Origin: Gemmataceae bacterium
Lineage (GTDB): Bacteria; Planctomycetota; Planctomycetia; Gemmatales; Gemmataceae
DNA length: 64,000 nucleotides
Direction of reading: 5' to 3'
NCBI GenBank assembly: GCA_043733485.1
Contig: JAYTGN010000107.1
Span: 7,284 to 71,283 of the forward strand
The notes below the pieces were generated by a model. That model saw nothing but the letters and a program-made list of their open reading frames with translations. It had not been told where the DNA came from and did no database searches. Below are positions 48,193-60,100 of the stretch, one piece after another (position 1 is the stretch's first letter; the number at the start of each line of letters is the position of its first letter). Position numbers and translations under genes: made by a program.

Positions 48193-51100
48193 ATGTCCAA
48201 GACCCTTCGGGGCCACCGGTGGACCGGTTGGTCGGCGCGGCGACCGTCCTTGCTGCGTCCCTTTCCGGTATTGAGGGTCGAGGAACTCGAAGAGCGAGCA
48301 ACTCCCGCCAGCTTCACCTGGAGTGGAGCCGGCGGAAACGCGAACTGGAGCAACGCCGCGAACTGGCAAGGGGGCTCGGCCCCCACGGGGAACCCGCTCG
48401 CCCTCGATGCGCTTTCGTTCCCATCGGGCGTGTCGGTTGCGGCCCACAACACGATCAACAATCTCAACAACGCCACGTTCTTCTCGATCTCGATTTCGGA
48501 CCCGAATTACACGATCTCGGGCAAATCGATCACGCTCGGTTCCGCGACCGCCTCGGGCAACATCTCGTCGACCGGCACCAACGACATCGTCGCGCTCGAC
48601 ATCGCGCTGGGTGCGGCTAACGGCAGCAAGCAGTTCTTCACGGTCGGAGCGGGCGGCGATCTCACGCTCAGCGGCAAAATCTCAGGCAACACCGGATCGA
48701 TCTTCACCAAAGACGGCATCGGAATCCTCGTCCTCGCGAACGACAACAGCAACTTCACCGGCCCGATTCAGATCGACAACACCGGCGGCGTCCTCCGCAT
48801 CACGAACAGCAAGGCGCTCGGCGACTCCGTGGGCGAGACCACGGTCGGCACCAACTCCACTTTGCAAGTGAGCAACGTCGCCGGATCGATTAACGAACCG
48901 TTGCGCCTCAACGGCCCCGGAGTCTCGAACCTCGGCGCGCTGCGTAGCTTCGCCGGTGCCAATACTTGGTCCGGAACTGTGATTCTCGACAGCGACGCCA
49001 CGTTCGGCGCGGCCGTCGGCACGAGCGTGAACCTCACCGGCCAGATCAGCGATACGGGCACGAGCCGGAACGTGACGAAGGAAGATTTCGGCGAGGTGCG
49101 GTTCAGCGGTTCGAACACTTACCGCGGGTCGACGACGATCAACAACGGCGTCCTGACGGCGGCCGACGCGAATGCGTTGGGAACGGCCGACAAGACGACC
49201 GCGACGGGCACGGTCGTCAACGAAACGCTTTCGAAGGCCGGACGACTTCAGATCGCGGGACCGGCCGGCAGCGGCTTCACCATCCTCAACGAAGCGCTCG
49301 TCCTCAACGGCGACGGGCTCGTCAGTTCCACCACGAACGCGGGATCCCAGATCCCTTACGGTTTCGACAACTACGGCAAGGGAGCGTTTTACAACTCGAC
49401 CGGCAACAACACCTGGGCTGGCCCCGTCACCCTCGGCAGCCTTGGGAAAACCAGCACCAATTACGCCGCGCTCGGGGCCGCCGACGGCACCGACATCATC
49501 GTCAGCGGCATCGTGACCGGCGGCGCGGGCTTCCTTCTGGAGAAAGTCGAACCCGGTCGCGTGATCCTCAACAACGTGAACACGTACAAGGGCAACACGC
49601 GCGTCTACGAAGGCATCTTGAACATCCGCGATTCGGGCGCGCTCGGTGCCGTGACGGCGACCACTGGCCTCGTCGACGTGGTCGACGGCGGCACGCTCGA
49701 ACTCGAAGTCGAAGCGGCCACCACGACCCCGCGCTTCGGGTACGATCAGGCGACCGGCAACTCCACGGGACGCGACCTTTGGAATGACTCGGTTACGCTC
49801 GATCCCAACGCACTCACACTCAGCAATCCCATCACGATTAACGGCCGCGGCTTCCAGAATACCGGCGCGCTCCGCAGCCGCAGCGGCATCAACACCGTCA
49901 CGGTCGACGTCAACCTCGATCGCCTGGCCTTTCCATTCGCGCTAACGGGCGACGGTTCGGATGCCTCCATCGGCGTGGATCAGGATTTGCGACCGGGGCA
50001 TCCGTCGCCGAATTCCAACTACTTCACCAGCGACTACAGCCTCACGATTCTCGGGCAGATCACGGGCGGCACGTATACGGAGTTCGTCAAACGCGGAGCC
50101 GGGCACCTCATCCTGCCCGGTGCGAACACGTATCAGGGCGTGACGCAGATCGAACAGGGCTGGGTTACGATCGAAGACAACAACGCACTCGGCGTGGATA
50201 TCGTCGGGCTCGGCGACACGGTTCAGCCCGAGGTTTACGTTCTCACCGGTGCCGCACTGCACCTCAAGGCCCCGAGCGCAGGCGCTCCGCTCGACATCAA
50301 GAAGAACATCACCATCGGCGGCACCGGCCCCACCCACAATTATTCGCTCATCAACGCCAAGGGCGCGCTGGTGAATATCGGCGGGGACAACACCTGGTCC
50401 GGCGATATCGAACTGCTTGCGGCCACCGGCATCGGCGTGGAACAGATCTTCGCCGGGCTCCCCAGCGAACTCACCGTCACGGGTTCCACGCTCGATTCGA
50501 TCAACACCCAGACCTTCACCGGCGACGGCGGCGTGAAGGAGCAGGTGTACTGGATCGACACGGGAACCACGGGCACGACCTATGCGATCAACTGGAACTT
50601 TACGCCTCCCGTCAACCCGCCGGAGCCGATCGCCGACCGGCTCACCGTTTACTATCCCCCTCGGTTCACGGGCGTCCCGGCCACGCAGATCTACAACACG
50701 GGCTACGTGTTCGGCGTAGGTTCCAAGAACCTGACGTTCGGCCCCGGTTCGAGTACGATCGCGGAATTCGTGATGAACGGAAACCCGCCGGGTGGCGGTC
50801 TCTTCTCCCTGTTCACGATCACGATTGCCTCGCCCACCGTGGCGGGTAGCCTGTACAAGTACGGTTCGCAGCGGCTCCGCCTCCAGGGCGACGGCACCTA
50901 CACCGGCGAGACGCGCGTGCTCGAAGGAACGCTCCGCGCCGAAAACGACACCGCGCTCGGTCACAAGTCCAGCGGCACCCTCATCGGCAGCCAAACCTTC
51001 TCCCAAACGATGACGACCGTTTCCACCGGGGCGGTTCTGGAGACGGCGAAGGGAATCACGACGAACAATGGCGGCATCGCCTCGGGTATTCAAATCTACG

Positions 51101-54100
51101 ACGAGCGGCTCGTGCTGAGCGGGTCCGGCTATCAGGTGGCCGTTGCCGGCGATCCGCTGAGCGCGACGTTCGTACTCAACTACACCGGGCCGACGGGAAG
51201 CACCTTCTCCACGCAGCCGCTGCCCGTCACCTCGACCGCGCTCGACCTCCAGACCGCGCTCTTCTCCGCACCGATCACGACCGATGGCGAAACCGCGACC
51301 GTCACCAAGGTCGGCAACGTCTTCTCCATCGTCTTCGGGACGGCGATCTCGAAGGATTTGCAGAACCTCTCAGCCTCCATCTTCGGCGGGGCCGAAGTCA
51401 AGATCACGGACGGGCAATCGTCGGTCATCAACGTGTCGGCCGACAACGCCTGGCGCGGGCCGATCACGCTCGCAGCCGGCTCGCGATTCCGTGCGAATGC
51501 CGACACCCGCCTCTCGGTGCTGGCGCCGATCGACGATGCGTTGAACACCCTCGGCGGCTCGCAACTCGCCAAGCGCGGCAACGGCGAACTCGTACTCGGC
51601 GGAGCGAACACCTACCGCGGCATCACGCTCATCGATGAAGGCATCGTCACGGCCGCGAACAGTCAGGCCTTCGGCTTCGGCGATGGCACCCCGGGTTCGG
51701 GCACCATCGTTTCGGGCAACGCCCAGTTGCAAATCCAAGGCAACCTCACGATCGCGAGCGAAGCCCTGAGCGTGACGGGCACAGGGCCGAACACCGGATC
51801 GGCTCCGACGAACATCCCGATTCGCTGGCTGGAAGTGGGCGGGGCCCCGATCAACAACGGGCAGACGCCGGGCGCGTTGCCGGTGACGGGGCGCGTGACG
51901 GGCACGGCCGTCGATCCGACCGATCCGAACGTGATCTACATCTCGACGGCGGGCGGCGGCGCGTGGAAGACGAAGGACGGCGGGCACACGTGGTTGCCGC
52001 TCTTCGATCTGGGCTCGCCGACGGCTCCGCTGCGGGGCGGGGCCATCGCGGTGGACCCATCGGACCCCACCAACATTTACTACGGTACGGGCGAGACCAA
52101 CAACTCGGGCGATTCGTACGCCGGCACCGGCGTCTACAACTCGAAGGACTCGGGCCGAACGTGGACGCTGATCACCGGCACGGGCGCGAACCCGAATCCG
52201 CTCTACGGGCAGTCGATCTCGAAGATCGCCGTTCAGCCGCAGTTCGTGCTCCCCAACGGCACCGTGCTTCCGCTCACGATTTATGTGGGTTCGAGCGACT
52301 ATCAGGTGAACAATTCGCCGGCCGGTGCGCCGGGCGTCTGGCGGTACAACGGCACCACTTGGTTGAACCTCACGGGCACGACGTCGGATTACCGGGCTAC
52401 TCAGAAGGGCAAAGCACCATTCGACGTTTTCCCGCCGAACACGCCGGGACCGGACGACGATTATCGCGTGACCTTCCCGCAGCAGAACGTGACTTGGACC
52501 GACCTCGCGATCGTCTACTACGATCCCGATCCATCGCAGCCGAACGGCTTCCCGCCGCAGCCAGTACCCGTGCTGTACGCCTCGCTCACGGAGCAGTTCG
52601 GCACATGGTTGCCACCGCAAGCTCCGTACAATGGTGTTACACGCATTGGTTTTCAATTCGGCGGTTACAACTCGGGCGTGTTCCGGACGGAGTCCCCGTG
52701 GACGGCCAAGCCCGCCTGGTTCGAGGGCGATTCCGGCGCGACCGCGAGCGCTCCTCCCGTGCCGGATAATCGCGCCAACAATCTGTTCCCGACGGGGCCC
52801 TGGCTGAGCTCGGGCTTCGCCGATCTGACCATGCTGCCGAACAACGGCCGCATTCAACTCACCGTTCAAGTGGACGCCACCCAACTCTGGCGGGGAACGA
52901 CGGTCTATGCCGCCGTGACCTTCCCCATCAGCGGTATCGGCTCGGCCAACGACGCCCGATTGCAAACGATTCGTAAGTCCACCGATAGCGGCAAGGCCTG
53001 GACCGTGCTCGCGATCCCGGTCTTAATGCAGGACTATCAAGGTCCCGCGTTCGGCGGGCAAGGCTGGTACGACACCGCGATCACCTCGTCCGACCCGAGG
53101 ACGGTCTACGTGGCCGGTTCGACTGGCTCGAACGTCTGGCAAACGAAGGACGGCGGCACCAACTGGAACGACCTCACGCTTTTCGCGAACAGCCCGCACG
53201 CGGACGAACATGCACTGACGCTCATCGGTTCTGGGCCCAATGCCAAGCTCATTGTTGGCGGGGACGGCGGCGTCTGGACCTTCGACCCCACCAGTAGGAC
53301 TTGGAACGACATCAACGGCACGCTCGCCATCACCACTTTCAACGGCATCGCGACCCACCCGAACGATTACAACATCGCCTACGGCGGAAGCCAGGACAAC
53401 GGTACGGAGAAGTTCACCGGCAGCCTCGCCTGGGATCACATCGACGATGGCGACGGCGGAATCGTGCAGCTCGATCAAACCAACCCGAACATCGTCTACC
53501 ACATCCTCAATGGCACGATCCGCAAGTCGATCGATGCCGGTGCGACCTGGACGACGATCTTCTTCGGCACCGGCCTCTACTATCCGTTCGTACTCGATCA
53601 GGTGAACCCGCAGCGATTGGTCACGAGCAACGGCCAACCGTCTCTTTCGGAATCACTGGACGGCGGCAACACGTGGAACGACCTGAACTACGTCCCGTTC
53701 CCGCTCTTCTCGAGTTCGCCGGTCAGCATTGCTCTCGCCCAGTTCCAGGGTCCGTTCAACGCCGACGCGAATCCCTCTACTGGCTTCCCGAACGTCGGCG
53801 ACATCGGCTCGAACACTTACGATGCCAGGACCATCTACGTCACGGACGCCTCGACCGTGTTCGTGACGAAGGACGGCGGCCTCACGTGGCAGGATCGCGG
53901 CCCGGGCGTCACGGATAACAAGTTCACGCTCGATTTCACCACGGGTGCCTTGAAGTACAAGAACATCGGCCCGATCACGGTGACCTCGAATACGGCTGGC
54001 GTCTACGTCACGGCGCGGACGCTCCGCGACGGCGACAACACCGGCAGCTTCAACCAGTTCGGCAGCGCGAAGGACGAACAGCAGACGGTCGAGGTCGTGT

Positions 54101-57100
54101 TCCCGACCGGCACCGTCGGCACGTTCAACCTCTCGTTTACCATCGCGGCCCAGGGCGCGCCGTTCAATACACCCGCCAGGACGGTGAACCTGACGAACAT
54201 CTCCAACACGATCAGCGGCGCGGGCCTCCTCGGGCTGATTAACACCGCAATCGGAGCGTACAACGGGAACGAAGTTCAACTCCTTCAGTTCTCGAACGTT
54301 GCCGCAGGTGCGACGTTTACACTGTCCGATGGCGTGAACACGACGGCCGCGATTCCGTTGCCGACGACTGCTGCGGCGATCAATGCTGCCCTCAGCATAG
54401 CGACGCCTGCCAGGATCAATGCCGTGGCTTCACCGGCACCTAACGGCGCGTTCTATCTCACGCTTACCCCGCCCGCGAATACGGCGTTGCCGCTGCTCGT
54501 GGCGGCGGGAAGTAGCGCGGAAGTGTACGTGAAGGAAGTGCAGCAAGGTGGCGCGGGAAGCGTCTCCGTGAGCCTGACCGCCGGCACCGGCCCGAGTTGG
54601 ACGCACGTGGCCGTCGACCCGAGTAATCGCGATGCGGTCTACGTCACCGCACTTTACGCCGAACATCAGAACGGGCCGACGGTCTTCCGCTCCACCGATG
54701 CCGGGCGGGCGTGGGCGGACATCTCGGGCACGGGCCTGCCCATGTCGCAGGTCGGCACCTCGCAACCCGCCTGGACGATCGTGGTCGATGCTCGCGACGG
54801 CAAGCTGTACGTCGGCACCGACGTCGGCACCTACTTCTCGAACGACGACGGCAACACCTGGGCCCCACTCGGCAGCGGCATGCCCAACGTGCAGGTCAAG
54901 GACCTCGTGTTGAACCAGACGTTGAACACGCTCTCGGCCGGCACTTATGGCCGCAGCATGTTCCAGACCTTCCTCAATTATGCGAAAGCCGACTTCGGCG
55001 CGATTCGCGCCGTCAGCGGTAACTCGGTCTGGACCGGACCCGTCACCCTCACCGGCAACGCCGAATTCCACGTGGACGGTGCCCCGAATATCCAGAACGG
55101 CATCACCTCCGCTTCGCTCAACATTCTCGGCGTGATCGGCGGCAACTTCGACATCACCAAGACCGGCCAGGGAACGCTCGTCTTTTCCGGGGCGAACACT
55201 TACGGCGGCCAGACGTTCGTGAGCGAAGGCATTCTCCAGGCCAACAACCCCAACGCGCTCGGCTCCCCGCTCGCCAACACGATCGTCGAGATCGGGGCCG
55301 CGCTCGAACTCGCGACCGACCTCTACCTCGAACCGATCACGGTCAACGGCGTCGGCTACTCGCTCAACGATCACAACACGGGCTCGCTGCGAAACATCGC
55401 GGGCTTCAACACGTACACCGGCCCGCTCACCATGGGCACCGACACCACCATCGGCGTGAATTCCGGCACCCAACTCACCATCGGCGGCATCCCCGGCAAC
55501 CCCGCCGTGGGAACCGGCTCGATCGCGGATGGTGGCCTCGCCTTCAACCTCACGAAGGAGCTCACCGGCACGCTCGTGCTCGCTTCCGCGAACACTTACG
55601 GAGGCCTCACGAACGTCGTCCAAGGCGCGCTGCGAGTCGAGGACGCGAACGCGCTCGGCGACGCCGCGAACGGCACCATCGTCTCCGACGGGGCGCAGTT
55701 GCAGATTTCGCGCAACAACGTCACGCTCGCTCCCACCGTCGTGAGTACCGAGCAACTGCTCCTCTCCGGCACCGGCATCTTCGGCACGGGAGCGATTCTG
55801 AACGTCCGCGGCGATCTCGACCCGACCGGGACGAACGACAACACCTGGCAGGGCCCGATCGTTCTGACTCGGGTGCCGAACTTCTCGCCGTCCACGACGC
55901 CGACTTCGATCGTTTCCCTCGGCTCGAGCGATTCGCGCGACACGCTCACGATCGACGTCAGCATCGCCGAAGATGTCGTCTTCGCTCCGTTCGACGTGAA
56001 CAAAGTCGGCCCGGGCCGCGTGACCTTCGCACGCGATAACTTCTACTCCGGGCAGACGAACGTAAATGGCGGATCGCTGCGGGTTCAAACGGTCGGCGGC
56101 CTCGGTACGGGAGCGCCCGGCACCGTGGTCAACTCGGGTTCGCTGGAACTGGACAGCACCGGCCTGAACTACGTGGAAATTCTGACGCTCAACGGCGATG
56201 GCGTGGTGAATGCCGGGGCCTTGAACAACGTGAGCGGGGATAACAGCTACAGCGGGCCGATCACGCTGGCGAGCAACACCAGCATCGGAGCGGTGGGCGG
56301 TACGACGCTGACGGTTCAGGGTTTGCTCCAAGATCCGACGCCGATTCCGGTGCCGGCGGCCCGGTTGCGCAAAGCCGGCGCGGGCACCGTGGTGTTCCCG
56401 AACGCCAAGGACTACGGCGGCCTCACCGTGGTCGATAACGGCATCCTGAACATCCGCACGCCCCTCGCGCTGGGTAACCTTCGAAGCGAGATTCAGAACG
56501 TGCAGGTGGTCGCGACGACCGGCACGTTCCGGCTCTCCTACCGCGGCCAAACGACTTCGCAACTGCCGTTCGACGCGACGGCACTTCAAGTGGAAACGGC
56601 CCTGAACGCGCTCTCGACCATCGGCGGCGTGGGTGGCTCCGTCACGGTGTTGCTCACCTCGGGGGCCGGGATCAACACGTACGCGGTCACCTTCGGCGGA
56701 GCGCTGGCGAATACTCAGTTGCCTCAGATCGAGGCGATCTACGTGTCGCCGGTGGTCGCGACGGTTCAAAACGGCTCCGCGACGCTGGGGGAAGTGCAGA
56801 CGGTTCGCGTGACGGCGAGCGGCGGCAACTTCGGCCTCACGTTCAACGGGTTCACCACGACCGCGATTCCCGTGAACGATCCCGCCTCGTCGCTCCAGGC
56901 CGCGTTGAACGCGCTGCCTTCGATCGGGGGCATCGGCGGATTCGTCTCCGTGTTCCGCGCCGGCAGCCTCAACGATTACACCTATACCGTCGTGTTCGGC
57001 GGCACCCTCGCCACCGGCAACCTGCCCCCGATGATCTCGGCCGTCGTCGGCGGCACGCTCGTGACCACGGGCACCAACCTCGATGGCCAGGGCGGCACCA

Positions 57101-60100
57101 CCGTGAACGCGGGCGGCACCCTGCAACTCGAAGGCAGCATGACCTTCGCCTTCCCGGCGACCGGCGAGATCATCACGCTCAACGGCCAAGGCTTCAACCC
57201 CGGTACGGGGGCTCTCGGTGCCCTGAACATTCTCAATGGCAACGTGGACTGGACCTCGCCACTGCCACTCTTGCTGGGAAGCGATGCCTCCATCGGCGTG
57301 ACCAACGCCACCGACACGCTCACGATGTTCGGCCCAATCTCCGACAGCGGCGGTCGCTTCGATCTCGACATCTACGGGCTCGGCACCACGCGGTTTGCCG
57401 GCAATGGAACCGGCAGCTACGGCGGCAACACCTACACGATTTACACGGGAACCACGACTGTCCACAGCGGCCTCGTGCTGCTCGACGTGACGGGTAGCAA
57501 CGCCATCCGCGGGCCGCTCGTCGTCGGCGACGGCATCGGAGCCCCGCTCTCCGCCGTGGTTCGCGAACTCCAGGGCAACGAAGTGGCCGATACCTCGCCG
57601 GTCACGGTGAAGTCCGACGGCCTGTTCGACCTCAACGGCTTCACCGAGACGTTCGGCAACCTCACCGTGGCGGGCGGACAAGTCGTCACCCAGGACAACG
57701 GGCACCTCACGACCGGCACGATCACCATGACGGGCGGTTCGATCCTGGTCGGGGACAATGCCTCGCTCACCGGCGGCAACACGAACATGTCTGCCGGGGC
57801 TCTGATTCAGGGCGGGCTCAACTCGACGATTTCGCTCGGCGACCTCACGATGGATGCGAGCCTGATCAACTTCTTGCCGCCGGGGCCGGCCACGTTCAGC
57901 GCGGGCAACATCACGATGACCAACGGCTCGCAGATCGTGCTGCCTCAAGGCAACTTCACGAGCCTGGACATCTACTTGGACGGTGGTACGGTTCTGCCTT
58001 ATGGGAAGATTTCGCTCGGCGACGACAGCACGCTCTCGGCTCGCAACGTCACGGTGTTGAACAACGGCAACATCGCACTGGGCCAGCGCGACACCTTCAC
58101 GGCCAGCGGCGCGGTTTCCGTTTCGAGCAACGGCATCATTCAACTGGATCAGGACGGGCTGTTCGCGATTACGGGCAACCTCACGCTCGCCGGCGGCACC
58201 GTGAAACTGGCCGATGCCACGGTTGCGAACAAGGCGAAGCTCACGGCGGCCGAGATCGCGATGACGGGAACGTCCGTGATTCAGATCGGCAACAACGGCC
58301 ACTTGAACGCTACGGGCAAGGTCTCGAATACGGGCGGGGCCATCGCGCTCGGAAGCTACACGCTCGCGGCCCCGGGCGGCGTGGTCGATTTCACGGCCGG
58401 CGGCAACGTCGCCATCGTCGATGGATCGGTCACCTTCGGCACCAGCGGCCTGTTCAACAACCAGGCCTTCGATTTGTCCTTGAACAACAGCCTGTTCCAG
58501 ATGGGCAATAACGGCACGGCGAAGACCAAGAACGTCTCGCTGAGCAATTCGTCGAACTTCACCTTCGCAAATACGGGTACGCTCGATGCGGCCGCCGGCA
58601 ACCTGACGATGACCGGTGGCTCGAACCTCACGTTTCTGAACAACGGCAATGCGACCACAAAGGACATCGCCATTACGGGCGGCTCGATTGCGTTCCTCGA
58701 TACCGGCACGCTTGCGGCCGGCAACGTGAACGATGTCGGTGCCCCAATCCGCTTCGGCAACACCGGCGTCTTCACCGCCGCCACGGTGACTGTGACCGGA
58801 GGAGGTTCCATCGGCTTCGGCACGCTGAACTACCCGGTCGATCCCTTCGTGATCGGCGGCACTAACAGCACCTTTACCGCCACCGGGGCCGTCTCGTTCA
58901 CCGACGGCGATTTGTGGATGGGCGACAGCAGTACGGCGAAAGCGAACAGCCTTTCGCTCGCCACCGGCTCCCAGGTCACGTTCAACGACTTCGGCACGCT
59001 GATCGACGCGGGCCTCCTCACCCTCACCGGTGCCTCGCAGATCATCTTCGGCGACAACGGCAAGGCCACGAGCCTCAATGCCAGCCAGACCGGCGGGCTC
59101 ATCTCGTTCCTGACGAACGGCGAACTCGACACGGCGAACTACACCGACATCGGCGGTGCCGTCTCGTTCAAGGCCTTCGGCACGTTCAACGCGGCAACCG
59201 TCTCCGTCACCAACGGCAGCATCGGCTTCACCGACAGCGGCAAGTTCACCACCACCGGCAACCTCAGCCTCGCGACCAGCAAGCTCGTCCTCGGAAACTT
59301 GGGCACCGTCTCCACCAAGGCCGTGACCACGACGGGTGCCTCCAAGATTCAGATGGGGAACGACGGTACGATCGATACCACGACCGTGACGGTGAACCCG
59401 GGCGGCACCATCCTCCTGGGCAACAACGACAAGTTCACCGCGGCCGGAACCGTGAGCATCGACGGCTCGACCGCGACCTTCGGAACCGATGGGCTCTTCA
59501 AGATCACGGGCAACCTGAGCCTGACCAACAGCACGCTCGCCCTCGGAACGAACGGCAAGGTGCAGCTACTCGGCACCGGCAACGCGACCCTCGCCACCGC
59601 CTCCAAGCTGACCTTCGCCGATAGCGGCACTCTGGCGGCCGACGGCAACCTGACCATGACCGGCACCTCGAAGCTGGCCTTCGGCAACTTCGGATCCGCG
59701 AGCGTCCGGGATTTGAAGGTCACGACCGGTTCGATTGCGATGCTCGACAACAGCAGCTTCACCGCCTACGGCCTCGCGGAGATCAAGGGTGCCACCGTCT
59801 CGCTGGGCACCACGAGCACGTTTACCGTGAACGGCGCGACCACGATTGCCGTCTCCGGACCGAACGCGGCCTCCCTCACGCTCGGGAACATCGGCACGCT
59901 TCAGACTGGCGACCTGACCCTCACGACGGCGACCGTGACGCTCGGAGCCAATAGCAAGGCCACCACGCTCGACCTCCTCGTCACGGGCACTTCGACGGTG
60001 ACGGTCGGCGACACCAGTACCTTCAACGCCAAGAACGTGACGGATACGACGGGAACCTTCGCGTTCGGGATCGACAACAAGTTCCTCATTACGGGTGCGG

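Noticed and set aside
52600-54560. AT-rich patches as DGR variable regions
   Set aside because: No reverse transcriptase and no near-identical template repeat in the window; the patches are internal, not C-terminal.
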